31,013 nt of DNA from a bacterium (GCA_037137535.1 JBAXKC010000029.1:1-31013), one strand, 5' to 3'; shown: positions 1 through 9,339, counted from the stretch's first letter. Numbers and translations: made by a program. The notes: generated by a model from the sequence alone, not told the origin.

Positions 1-51
1 ATAGCAATGATAAGGGTTACCGTTAAAAAATGTTTTTAACCAAACAGCTTC
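1..51. mobile_element. Terminal fragment of an IS-like element (IS5-family-like end), truncated by the window start
   Basis: 33-51 TTTTTAACCAAACAGCTTC is the exact reverse complement of 30964-30982 and is followed by TAA (52-54). Sequence outside the repeat differs between the two window ends, as expected for the left and right ends of one IS. Confidence 0.7.
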
Positions 52-110
52 TAAATGTAGAAAAAGCATAGTTTCTCATTAATTAAAGTAAAAAAGAAAT
101 TACTTATGAA

Positions 111-1319
111 TTAAAATTCATATAAATCACCACATGTATTATAAAGCTCATCAAAAATTCTATTACATCTCTTTGGTGAAAGTTCTATGTAATCATCTTC
201 ATACATATCGTATTCCAGTCCTATTTTATTATTCAAATCAAAGATTAATTTATTTCTTGAATCAATAACAAAAGTGTTTCCGTCTTTAGATTTATATTCA
301 TTCCACCCATGATTTTTATTCATCATTAAGCTGGTGTTAATGCCGCTTAGTTGAGCCATAGCTTTTAAAAACAAGGACTGAGTATCACATACTCCTGTTG
401 CTTTGGGTAGTCCAAATCCACCTTTTGAAAATTCACCTACATCGATAATACGAGTAGCAGCTTTATTGTGCTTGAATTCAGCATAACGTAGGTATTCACC
501 GTTTATAACAATTTCATTTTCATTTGAATCACAAGTATAAGTAGTACCATTTTTACTATAAGATTTAGTTATTAATTCAGGTTTAAAAAAATCTGATTCT
601 GTTTCTAATAAAGCTTTTGCAATTTCCATAGAATCTATTTTGTCTATTTTTTTTAAATTTTTATTTAATTTATTTGAGGCATCAACTAAAACAGGATCAT
701 CTTCAAGATTTACTCGAATTCTGAATTTAGAGTTATTATCATTAAGGTCATCCTCATAGATTTTCATAATTCCTTGAGAATTATAACTTCTAATGGTATA
801 CATAAAACCCTTTTCAAAATTCTGATCAAGTCTTGCTACCGGAATTTTACGAAAATTGCAATCTATTTTCTGGTTAAAAAATTCAGTCATTTGATCAAGA
901 GTTCTTTTAGGAACCTTAATTGCATAAGCTTGTTGTAATAACTGCAAATGAAGATTATCAATTTTATTTTTTTTATCACGATATGTCTGAATCTTATTTT
1001 GTTGGTTATTATTGGCAAAATTATCTTTTGCTATGTTTTTATATTTTTTGTTTTGCATTTCAGCTTTTGTAATACACCCTAATCCTTTATTAGCTATATG
1101 GTTTTTAAGGTTATAATCCTTTTCTTCTTGAGTAGCTTGAATAAGATAGTTTTCAGCCTTTTTTAGTGTTTTATCTATTTCTTTTGATAAAATATCTAAT
1201 TTTTTTTCCGGTCTGACGTTTTTGTCTTCCAGTATCTCTTGAGTTTCAATGTTTTTATCAATTATTTCCCTTGATGAAAGGGTTTTAGAGAAAATATTAT
1301 GATTGCCGAATATATTCAT
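111..1319 (-). CDS. Protein with C-terminal EDR1-like / transglutaminase-like (papain-fold) domain
   Basis: 402-aa ORF with AAGGA RBS. The motifs IRVNLEDDPVL, GVCDTQSLFLKAMAQLSGI, HGWNEY and FVIDS resemble the EDR1-type Cys-His-Asp pattern (GxC...HxWN...D). Confidence 0.6.
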   Translation of the reverse strand: MNIFGNHNIFSKTLSSREIIDKNIETQEILEDKNVRPEKKLDILSKEIDKTLKKAENYLIQATQEEKDYNLKNHIANKGLGCITKAEMQNKKYKNIAKDNFANNNQQNKIQTYRDKKNKIDNLHLQLLQQAYAIKVPKRTLDQMTEFFNQKIDCNFRKIPVARLDQNFEKGFMYTIRSYNSQGIMKIYEDDLNDNNSKFRIRVNLEDDPVLVDASNKLNKNLKKIDKIDSMEIAKALLETESDFFKPELITKSYSKNGTTYTCDSNENEIVINGEYLRYAEFKHNKAATRIIDVGEFSKGGFGLPKATGVCDTQSLFLKAMAQLSGINTSLMMNKNHGWNEYKSKDGNTFVIDSRNKLIFDLNNKIGLEYDMYEDDYIELSPKRCNRIFDELYNTCGDLYEF

Positions 1320-1547
1320 TCTTGTTTCCTTTAAAATATAACTTATATTAATTCAACACAGTTGGAAAAATGTTTTCTATTATTAATATAAACTTTTTGG
1401 TTTGTATATAGTCTTAATTAAATCTTTAACATAACGCATAAATTTAGGCACATAATCTTCTTCAAAAGCTTTTTTTTAAGTATTATTTGCTGTTTAATAA
1501 ACTTATAAAACTAATAAAATTCAAACCTAAATTACGAAAGGCATTAT

Positions 1548-2231
1548 ATGAATAGAATAGTTGAAATTTATACAGGTGCATATACCAGCGGAAAATCTGA
1601 AATATCTGTAAATAGGGCAATAGAACTATCTAAAGCAGGTAAAAATATAACTCTTGTCGATATGGACACAGTTGAACCTGCTTATACCCTTAGACCGATA
1701 AAAAAAGAAATAGAAGCCAATTACCCAATAAATGTAATAACTCAAGAAGATTATACAGGACTTGGTGAAGCAGGTAATATTATTACAACTGCACAACAAA
1801 ACTGCCTATTATCCCAAAACGATATTGTTATTGATGTCGGATATGGAGTAGGAGGACTTGATGCTTTAAATATTCTTAGCAATATAGACACAGAAGAAGA
1901 TTTGCGTATTTATATTGTTTTAAACACTTCAAAGCATGAAACCTCAAACGTAGAAAATATTACAGGCTATGTAAAATGGACAGAAGCAAGTGATGCATCT
2001 ATGGATTGGAAAAAATTCTCAGGTATTATTGCAAATCCACATTTTGGAGATGATACTGAGATTGAGGACATTAAAAAAGGTTATGAAATAATAAAAAAAG
2101 CAGCAGCTGTTTTAAATTTACCAATAAAAGCATTATGCATAGCAGAAAAATTTGCTGAAACCTTTGGAGATAATTACGATGGAACTGAAGTATGGACTTT
2201 AAAAAGGATTATGCCTAGAGCTTTCTGGTAA
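1548..2231 (+). CDS. P-loop NTP-binding protein (SIMIBI/CbiA-like family, function unknown)
   Basis: Walker A GAYTSGKSE, then LVDMDTVEP and IVIDVG motifs; 227 aa. Confidence 0.75.
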   Translation: MNRIVEIYTGAYTSGKSEISVNRAIELSKAGKNITLVDMDTVEPAYTLRPIKKEIEANYPINVITQEDYTGLGEAGNIITTAQQNCLLSQNDIVIDVGYGVGGLDALNILSNIDTEEDLRIYIVLNTSKHETSNVENITGYVKWTEASDASMDWKKFSGIIANPHFGDDTEIEDIKKGYEIIKKAAAVLNLPIKALCIAEKFAETFGDNYDGTEVWTLKRIMPRAFW

Positions 2232-2267
2232 ACATCAAAAAAACAAAGTGCTTTTATACTATTAACA

Positions 2268-2297
2268 AAGAGAGTAGAAAAATTTTTCTACTCTCTT
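2268..2297. terminator. Perfect 30-bp palindrome / probable terminator after the ATPase gene
   Basis: AAGAGAGTAGAAAAA|TTTTTCTACTCTCTT, 36 nt after the stop codon. Confidence 0.6.
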
Positions 2298-2466
2298 AAA
2301 TTTCAATTATCAAAAAATAAGTTGGATTGGTATAAATTAATAAATAAATAAACGAATTATATAGTCCTTAGAGTAACTAAAATACTTGAATATATAGCCC
2401 TACGGTCAATTTAAAAGCTATAAATTACAGTTTAATATAAGATAATACAGCACATAATAAATCATT

Positions 2467-2499
2467 AAAATCCTGCTTCTTCCATGCAGGATTTTTTTT
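2467..2499 (+). terminator. Intrinsic terminator-like hairpin with no adjacent upstream ORF
   Basis: AAAATCCTGC-ttcttccat-GCAGGATTTT within an 8-T run. Confidence 0.6.
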
Positions 2500-2579
2500 G
2501 TAATTTTTTTTGCGTATTTGTTAAAAAAAATAAAATTGTTATAATTAAAAAATAAAATGCGGAAATTATTAAAAATATT

Positions 2580-3254
2580 ATGAAATTAAATATATTTCTT
2601 TTTATTAATAAAAAATTATTTATAATTTTTCTTGTCCTGTTATTAAGCGCAGTTGTTAATTCTGCTGTTAAAGCTGAAGATACTAATACTAACGATGATA
2701 CAAAAACTAAAGTTGAAAATGATTGGGATGATTTTTATAGTCAGTCTCGAAAAAATGAGTTCGGCAAAATAATTTCTGATGAGGAATTTGATAAAGCTTA
2801 TAGAACAAGAAAAGGCCTTATCAGTAAAGAAGAAGAAAAACAAAAAATTAAAAAAATGAAATATAGAGCTGAACACCCTAGTCTTTTAGATAAAATTTTA
2901 GGCAGGAAGCCTCAGGGTATTCCCTTAACGAGTAGAGCTACTCCTCCGGAAAGTATTGATTATAATATATCAATAAGTCCTCTTTTAAGACTGACTCAAG
3001 ATATGTATTACAATGGAACAAAAATATCTAATGGATTTTATCTTGTGGATTTAGTGCTTAAAGACGGTAAGTATTATTTTACTTTAAGACAAGGCACTAA
3101 GTCTGTTATTACAGTAGATGCCACCGTAGCAAAAGAACCTAGTACAAGAGAAAAAATTACTCTTGAATGTGCAATTGTTGACGGAATTATTTTGAAAATA
3201 TTTTATTATCAGCCAAGAGGGCTTTTAATTGAAAGTGAATTAAGTTTTATATAG
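2580..3254 (+). CDS. Hypothetical exported protein (Sec signal peptide)
   Basis: 224-aa ORF; KK + hydrophobic stretch + AVKA cleavage-like site; terminator downstream. Confidence 0.7.
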   Translation: MKLNIFLFINKKLFIIFLVLLLSAVVNSAVKAEDTNTNDDTKTKVENDWDDFYSQSRKNEFGKIISDEEFDKAYRTRKGLISKEEEKQKIKKMKYRAEHPSLLDKILGRKPQGIPLTSRATPPESIDYNISISPLLRLTQDMYYNGTKISNGFYLVDLVLKDGKYYFTLRQGTKSVITVDATVAKEPSTREKITLECAIVDGIILKIFYYQPRGLLIESELSFI

Positions 3255-3256
3255 TC

Positions 3257-3290
3257 AAAAAATAGAGGATGGTTTGATCCTCTATTTTTT
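3257..3290. terminator. Bidirectional intrinsic terminator
   Basis: AAAAAATAGAGGAT-ggtttg-ATCCTCTATTTTTT between convergent genes. Confidence 0.85.
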
Positions 3291-3314
3291 ATCACTTTTT
3301 ACTGATTTTTCAGA

Positions 3315-4583
3315 TTATTTTGAAAAATAAAAGCCGTCAGTTTTCATTCTTTCAATTACCAGCCTTAAGTCATCGTCAGCAGATACAAAAGAAAGTCTGA
3401 AGTAACCTTCGCCGTATCCACCGAAAGCAGTACCAGGAACAGCGACAATGCCGGCGGTTTTTAATAAATCAGTAGTAAAATCTTCAGATGTTTTATATCT
3501 TGCAGGAATTGGCAGCCATAAATAGAAAGTTGCTTGAGGAATGTTTAAATTTGCAATATCCCAACCAAGTTCTTTAAATCCATCAAGAAGAATGGTTTGT
3601 TTTTGTCTGTAACGCTCATTCCACTCTTTTATGTACTTATCACCTTCTGCTGAAAGCAATATTTCAGAACCTGCTTTTTGTAATGCTTTAAATATACCTG
3701 TATCAACTGTTGATTTAACTTTGTTTAAAATACCGACAAGGTCTTTGTTTCCGCAAGCCCAGCCAAGTCTCCAGCCTGTCATGCTGTATGGTTTGCTTAA
3801 ACTATGAAACTCTATCGCAAGGTCTTTTGCATTTTCAAACTCGAGAATACTTGCAGGAGCTTCTTGATCGCCCCAATACATTTCAGAATAAGCAAGATCG
3901 CTTACGATAAGTATTTTTCTTTTTCTTGCAAATTCAACAACTGAATTAAGGTATTCTCTTGTTGCGGTCGCTCCTAAAGGATTATTAGGATAATTAACCA
4001 CAACTGCCTTAATTTTTTTGCTGTCAAAGCCTTTTTCTTCAAGCTCTGCAACTACTTCATTAAGGTCAGGCATGAAGTTATTCTCAAATTTTAACGGGAT
4101 CGGGTAAAATTTTCCGCCACAAACTTTTATTTGTTCCTGATAAGAAGCATAACCTGGGTCTGGAATTAAAATTATATCTTTTTCTGTTTCTATTAAAGAT
4201 GGATTTATAATTGCTCTGAAAAAATTAGCAAGCCCTTCTTTTGAACCGACTAGCGAAACAACTTCTGTTGAACTGTTTAATTCAACGTCAAATCTTTGCT
4301 TCATTCTTTTAGCTACTGCTTCAAGATAAAAAGGTTCGCCCTTTGGAGTCGAATAGAGATGAATACCAGGCTCGTCAAGAGCTTTTTTGAGAGAATTAAC
4401 AACAAACTCAGGCGGAGCTTGTACCGGTGCACCTATGCTCAAGTTAATAGGTTTTCTTCCCTTAGCTGTAAGTTCAGGTGTTAATTTGATAGTATCCTGC
4501 TTAATTCTGAACATAATATATGTTTCTAAAGTTTTAACGTAATCCGAGTAAAGATTTTTTACATCAAAATCCATCAATTCCAT
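3315..4583 (-). CDS. PLP-dependent class I/II aminotransferase (LL-diaminopimelate aminotransferase-like)
   Basis: Motifs GSKEG, PDPGY, NYPNNPLG, DLAY, the PLP-lysine motif EFHSLSKPYSMTGWRLG, and GEGYFRLS. Confidence 0.9.
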   Translation of the reverse strand: MELMDFDVKNLYSDYVKTLETYIMFRIKQDTIKLTPELTAKGRKPINLSIGAPVQAPPEFVVNSLKKALDEPGIHLYSTPKGEPFYLEAVAKRMKQRFDVELNSSTEVVSLVGSKEGLANFFRAIINPSLIETEKDIILIPDPGYASYQEQIKVCGGKFYPIPLKFENNFMPDLNEVVAELEEKGFDSKKIKAVVVNYPNNPLGATATREYLNSVVEFARKRKILIVSDLAYSEMYWGDQEAPASILEFENAKDLAIEFHSLSKPYSMTGWRLGWACGNKDLVGILNKVKSTVDTGIFKALQKAGSEILLSAEGDKYIKEWNERYRQKQTILLDGFKELGWDIANLNIPQATFYLWLPIPARYKTSEDFTTDLLKTAGIVAVPGTAFGGYGEGYFRLSFVSADDDLRLVIERMKTDGFYFSK

Positions 4584-4779
4584 TTTTTCTCCTTTATTTT
4601 TAATCTACCTATATGATGCATTTTATAAGGCTTTTAGCTATAACAGTTATCTTAGTTGAAGTAATTAAATCACTTAGGTATTTAATTTTTATTTAATTTT
4701 ATATCGAAAGAGCTTTAAAGAAAAACAAAAATTAGTTATAATCAATTGGTCTGACATTTTTTTTAAAGGAGGATAATGT

Positions 4780-5175
4780 ATGCGACTTATCGTTAACGGT
4801 CGTAACATAGAAATAACCACTGCAATTAGAGAATATACAGAAGAAAAAATTGGCAGAGTGGCTAGACACTACGACCAAATCAATGAACTTGAAGTAACAC
4901 TTAGTGTTGTAAAAAATCCAAGTGTTCAAAAAAATCACATTGCAGAAGTTACCTGTTCCTTAAACGGAGCAAGAGCTCACCTTACAGAAGAAGCTGAAAC
5001 TATGTATGCTAGTATTGATTTACTTGCTGATAAACTTGATAGACAAGTAAAAAAACATAAAGAAAAGCTTTTAAAAGGTAAATCAGGTTCTGCTTCAATC
5101 AGAACAGATAATAATCTGCCTGAAGAAGCTGAAGAAGAAGAAGTTGAAGAATCAATTGATGCAGTTGAAGAATAG
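4780..5175 (+). CDS. hpf: Ribosome hibernation promoting factor (HPF/RaiA family) with acidic C-terminal tail
   Basis: GRNIEITTAIREY...MYASIDLLADKLDRQVKKHKEK signature; strong RBS AAGGAGG. Confidence 0.92.
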   Translation: MRLIVNGRNIEITTAIREYTEEKIGRVARHYDQINELEVTLSVVKNPSVQKNHIAEVTCSLNGARAHLTEEAETMYASIDLLADKLDRQVKKHKEKLLKGKSGSASIRTDNNLPEEAEEEEVEESIDAVEE

Positions 5176-5192
5176 ACTTTAAATTCTAATTG

Positions 5193-5234
5193 AAAAAAAA
5201 CAGCCCTCTTTTTATTAAGTGGGCTGGTTTTTTT
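5193..5234 (+). terminator. Intrinsic terminator of hpf
   Basis: CAGCCC...GGGCTG stem followed by a T-run. Confidence 0.75.
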
Positions 5235-5292
5235 AATATTCTTGGTTCTGATAAATAAAGTCAAGACTGACAATTTATCAATTATCTTCTGA

Positions 5293-5392
5293 AAAATTGA
5301 GTTAAGAATAGACATTAATAGCTGTCTGAGCGGCAATGTTTTTTAAAAAATAAAAAACATTGCCGAAGGCTTTAGACATAGAAACTTTCTTG
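5293..5392. repeat. Dispersed structured repeat, copy 1 (short form)
   Basis: Shares three ordered blocks with 11750-11941: AAAAT(T/A)GAGTTAAGAA, TTTTTTAAAAAATAAAAA and GGCTTTAG(A/G)CATAGAAA(C/T)TTTCTTG. Hairpins AGACA/TGTCT and CGGCAATG/CATTGCCG. Confidence 0.75.
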
Positions 5393-5413
5393 ATATGAAG
5401 TGAAAAAAATGAC

Positions 5414-5439
5414 AAATGGCGGGGTTCTCCCCGCCATTT
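5414..5439 (-). terminator. Intrinsic terminator of bamA
   Basis: AAATGGCGGGG-ttct-CCCCGCCATTT perfect stem just past the bamA stop. Confidence 0.85.
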
Positions 5440-5449
5440 CTAAAAGTAA

Positions 5450-7384
5450 TTAAAATCTATCGCCAAAATCAACAGTCCATTTGCCTTTTCTTGACATACC
5501 ACCTTTAAGTGCACTTAAAGGCATGCCGTAGTCGATTTTAATAGGTCCTACGCCTGGCATGTTGATTCTTAAACCGCCACCAGCTGAAACACCAAATTCA
5601 GGTTTATCAAATATAGCATTTGAGAAATATCCGTTATAAACTCTACCTGCATCAAAGAATGCTGCTAGGCGCATATCTCTAAAGAAACCTATTTTTGTAA
5701 TCTTATCCATAAATGGGATTGGTGTTCTATATTCAGCAGAACCTAAGAGTAAACCTTGACCTACACCAACGTCACCTTCTCCAAATCCACGAATAGAACT
5801 TGCTCCTCCGAGTCTAAAGGATGCGAAGTCAGGCATTTTTCCTGCGATGTTTGAGCCGACCTTACCGCTAAGCATAAGGGTTGATTCTTTTCCAACAGGT
5901 AAATATTTTCTTATTTTAAATGAAGCATCTGCATAAGATCCTGCTGTTCCGCTTAACTTAAAGTTTTCTTTAGCTTCCGTTGAAATGTACCAGCCTGTGG
6001 TTGTATTGCTTAAACTGTTTCTTGTGTCATAGGCTAAGGATGGACCTAGTGATAGGTATGTTCCACCCCTAAGCTCTTCAGCTCTTCTTTTTATGTTATA
6101 GCCTTTATCGTGAAAAGCTTCTTTGATTCTTGAATAATCGCCTTCTTTTATCGAAATATTTTCAACACCCATACTCAAGCTTGAAACCAAATTTGGTATG
6201 TTTTTAATAGGTCGGGAAAGATTTAATTCTGTTCCTATTCTTCTTTCTACTGAAAGCGGTACATGGAATGAAGGATAGTCACGTACAAATATGCCTGCAT
6301 CTAATGTATTTAATGAACCTTTTAATCTTGGTTCTACAAAATTAAATTCAAGTTGAAAATTCCCATGACGTTTAGTATCTTTATCAGCTGTTATAACGCC
6401 GCTTCCTGTCATAACGGAAGCTGAAATCTTTTGCCCTCTGCCAAGGAAGTTATTTTCATAATAACCTACTGTTCCAAAAAGACCTGTTGCTGTATCAAGA
6501 CCGCCACCAAGGGAAATTGATCCTGATTTTTTCTCATCAACTTCAATTGCTAAATTGTATTTTTCAGGATTTTTAGTAGACGGAGTAATTACTCTTCTTA
6601 CATCTGAAAAGGCTTGAGTTCCATAAATTCTGGCAAGATCTTGCTTTAATACGTTTTCATTATAAATAGTGCCCGGTGAAGTTAAAATATTTCTTTTGAT
6701 AACATAATCTTTAGTTTTAACATTACCTTTGATGCTAATTTCATCAATAGTGCCTTCATTAACTTCTACATTTATCATTCCATCGGGATCATCAGCGATT
6801 CTGCTCACCCTTGCAAGAAGATAACCTTTATCACTATATAGTTTTTCAAGTTCTGAAACTGACTTGTTCAATTCTGTAATGTTTTGAGGCATTCCTGTAT
6901 GTTTATTAAATATTTTCATTATGTCTTCAGTTGAAACCATTTTGTTTCCTGAGACATTTATACCTGTAACAGGGGAGTTTTCTTCCACTACAACTTTTAG
7001 TTTAATTCCTTCCGGAGTGGCTTCAGGAACTGCCTTGATTTTATCGGTAAAATAACCGATATTATAAATATTTTTTAAATCATCCTGAATTTCATCACGA
7101 TTAAAGTATTCGCCAACTTTAGTTTTCATATTTTGAAGAATAAAATCATTTTTTACAAGATGGTTACCACTTATATCAATTGATTTAACGGTAAGTGACT
7201 GATCATATACTTTGTCTTTATTAGCATCTAATGCTTCAGGCAATATTTTTTCTGCTTCAATAACTTTTTTGTCTTTATCTTTGATATCTTTTGCATTAGC
7301 AATTGTTTGGAAATTTAAAATCATTCCAAAACCTAGTGCATAAACTAATAAATTACTATATTTTTTATTCATCATATAAACCAC
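5450..7384 (-). CDS. bamA: Omp85/BamA-family outer membrane protein assembly factor, three POTRA domains
   Basis: Signal peptide; three POTRA repeats (ISGN/VSGN/IKGN); barrel motifs ENNFLGRGQ, LGGASSIRGF, GPIKIDYG; terminal Phe. The start may be a downstream ATG (7375/7372). Confidence 0.88.
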   Translation of the reverse strand: MVYMMNKKYSNLLVYALGFGMILNFQTIANAKDIKDKDKKVIEAEKILPEALDANKDKVYDQSLTVKSIDISGNHLVKNDFILQNMKTKVGEYFNRDEIQDDLKNIYNIGYFTDKIKAVPEATPEGIKLKVVVEENSPVTGINVSGNKMVSTEDIMKIFNKHTGMPQNITELNKSVSELEKLYSDKGYLLARVSRIADDPDGMINVEVNEGTIDEISIKGNVKTKDYVIKRNILTSPGTIYNENVLKQDLARIYGTQAFSDVRRVITPSTKNPEKYNLAIEVDEKKSGSISLGGGLDTATGLFGTVGYYENNFLGRGQKISASVMTGSGVITADKDTKRHGNFQLEFNFVEPRLKGSLNTLDAGIFVRDYPSFHVPLSVERRIGTELNLSRPIKNIPNLVSSLSMGVENISIKEGDYSRIKEAFHDKGYNIKRRAEELRGGTYLSLGPSLAYDTRNSLSNTTTGWYISTEAKENFKLSGTAGSYADASFKIRKYLPVGKESTLMLSGKVGSNIAGKMPDFASFRLGGASSIRGFGEGDVGVGQGLLLGSAEYRTPIPFMDKITKIGFFRDMRLAAFFDAGRVYNGYFSNAIFDKPEFGVSAGGGLRINMPGVGPIKIDYGMPLSALKGGMSRKGKWTVDFGDRF

Positions 7385-7552
7385 AAAATTTTTATAGAAG
7401 CTAATACTAATAGGCTATTATAAATGGGTAGTATTATCAATCAATTATTAAACAATATTAAATACTATTCTTTTTTTATTGTATATATATTTGCAGTGTT
7501 TTAAAATAATTTTAAGAATTTTTAATCTTTTTAATGTATTAGAAAGGCAGTA

Positions 7553-7863
7553 ATGACAGTTAATATAGTTTTTGTGCATCAGCAAATAATGAAGAAGCAA
7601 AAAAAATCGCACATACTTTAGTTGAAAAAAAATTAGCTGCTTGTGTAAATATTCTTAACAAAGTTACATCTGTTTACATGTGGAAAGGTGAAATTTGTGA
7701 AGATGAAGAATATTTATTGGTTATTAAAACAAGAGCTGATAAATTTGAAGAGTTGAAAAAAGAAATTTTGTCATTACATTCGTATGAACTTCCCGAAATA
7801 ATTATGGTAGATGTTATTGATGGTTTACCTGAATATATAAATTGGGTCAAAGAACAAACATAG
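7553..7863 (+). pseudogene. cutA: Divalent-cation tolerance protein CutA, frameshifted (1 nt missing near 7570-7577)
   Basis: ATG 7553 after GAAAGG gives MTVNIVFV then a stop. The -1 frame reads SANNEEAKKIAHTLVEKKLAACVNIL...SVYMWKGEI...LHSYELPEII...YINWV (CutA signature) and has no start codon upstream of 7678. Confidence 0.8.
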
Positions 7864-7869
7864 GTATAT

Positions 7870-8712
7870 ATGCAGCTATTATTGCTTGAACAAAAAATCC
7901 CCTTAAATGAAAAAGATTTTATTAAATTCCTTCAAAATGAGGGGATTATCGTAAAGACTAATACTAAAGCTCGTGGCAATCTGGCTATTTGTTTTAGTAA
8001 TAGAATTGATATTTCTCAAAAAGTTGATAAAGAGCGTAGAATTGCTGTTCTTGCTCATGAATATGCTCATAAAATTCATTTTGATATGGAAAAAAAAGGT
8101 TTATCAAATGGCGGCTCTTTAGAAAAACTATTTAATCTTAAAAATATAGATATTATTAAAAAAGAATTACTTTTGATAACTCATTTTGTGGATAAAAATT
8201 CTCTTTTTTTGCCATTTAAAGATAAAAAAGTTTTATTGGATAAAGAGATTAGTAATTTAGAGCTAATAATAAAAAAAGAATATCCTGATTTCAAAAAATC
8301 TAAAGAATTTATCATTGCTGTAAAGCAGCTTAAAAAAGTCAATTCTGATTTGGTTTACCTTTTAAAATATGACCGAATAAGAATTAAGGGCGGTTTGTTC
8401 AAAAAAGAGAAATTTTATTCTATTGAAACTTTACAGAAGGATTTTCCTTTAATTCCCGATTATTTAAACGCTTATGTGAGGCTATTAAGTTTACAAAGGC
8501 AATACAAAAGGTTATATAACCATAAAAACAGAGCTGATAAGTATTATAAAAAGCCTACGGAGCTTTTTGCAAGATATGTTGAAGGATTTTTTCTTGATAA
8601 AGATAAAATCATAGAATTATCGCCCTTTACTACTCCGATTTTTTTAAATCTTTTAGAACAAGGTTATTACGGTAATTTAAAAAAGCTGTTTGAGATGGCA
8701 AATTTGTTATAA
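7870..8712 (+). CDS. Putative zincin-type metallopeptidase (HExxH)
   Basis: VLAHEYAHKIH motif plus distal YYKKPTELFARYVE; 280 aa; 6 nt downstream of cutA. Confidence 0.65.
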   Translation: MQLLLLEQKIPLNEKDFIKFLQNEGIIVKTNTKARGNLAICFSNRIDISQKVDKERRIAVLAHEYAHKIHFDMEKKGLSNGGSLEKLFNLKNIDIIKKELLLITHFVDKNSLFLPFKDKKVLLDKEISNLELIIKKEYPDFKKSKEFIIAVKQLKKVNSDLVYLLKYDRIRIKGGLFKKEKFYSIETLQKDFPLIPDYLNAYVRLLSLQRQYKRLYNHKNRADKYYKKPTELFARYVEGFFLDKDKIIELSPFTTPIFLNLLEQGYYGNLKKLFEMANLL

Positions 8713-8713
8713 G

Positions 8714-8745
8714 CAATAAGACACGCCATATAGCGTGCCTTATTG
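8714..8745. terminator. Hairpin terminator between convergent genes
   Basis: CAATAAG-a-CACGC-catata-GCGTG-c-CTTATTG. Confidence 0.7.
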
Positions 8746-8763
8746 GGTGAATTTTATTCTTAA

Positions 8764-9339
8764 TTAAACTACTTGATTTAAGTTTTGTAGAGCATTGCCC
8801 ATTTTTTCATAGGCTTCAGCTTTTCCGAGATTATTTACTGCTTTGTGTTCTCCGTCAACATGTCCGCCATCATAAGCTCTTTTTATTACAATTGCAGATG
8901 CAGCCGCTGCGGCAATAAATTTAACCGGGCCGGGAATATTTTTCAGCCATTCAAGAGCATTTGAGGAGTGTTGTACTACAAAGTCTTTTGCTGTCTTTAG
9001 CGACCCAATTTTTCTTAAAGGGGCTTTTATGCTTTCCATTATACTGTCTGCATGTCCTTTAACGCTCTTGCCAAAGGCATTAAGATTGTTTTTAACAAAA
9101 TCCTGATCGTATATTAATTTACTTGCTATCGCCAGTAATGATACTCCAAGAAGTTTTGCGGCTGCATTCATGTTTAAATTATTTTTATTTGGTTTAGGTG
9201 ACTCTTCAAACTTTTTAACCTCAGCATTAGCTTTATGGATAGCCCCCATTTCCATGTTTGCTTTTATTTGCTGTTTATTTATTTGATCAAATTGAGATAC
9301 AAATTGATTTTGCCCCACATTTCCTGCAAAGTTTACCAC
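8764..9339 (-). CDS. Hypothetical protein with two hydrophobic segments
   Basis: GTG start with strong RBS GAGGAGG; hydrophobic stretches AAAKLLGVSLLAIA and FIAAAAASAIVI. Confidence 0.75.
   Translation of the reverse strand: MVNFAGNVGQNQFVSQFDQINKQQIKANMEMGAIHKANAEVKKFEESPKPNKNNLNMNAAAKLLGVSLLAIASKLIYDQDFVKNNLNAFGKSVKGHADSIMESIKAPLRKIGSLKTAKDFVVQHSSNALEWLKNIPGPVKFIAAAAASAIVIKRAYDGGHVDGEHKAVNNLGKAEAYEKMGNALQNLNQVV

Noticed and set aside
2643-5336. Short ORFs 2643-2876(-), 4296-4484(+), 4732-4938(-), 4977-5336(-)
   Set aside because: Antisense shadows of well-supported genes, with no recognisable motifs.
7678-7863. 61-aa ORF as the complete cutA
   Set aside because: CutA homology extends upstream to 7553 across a frameshift.
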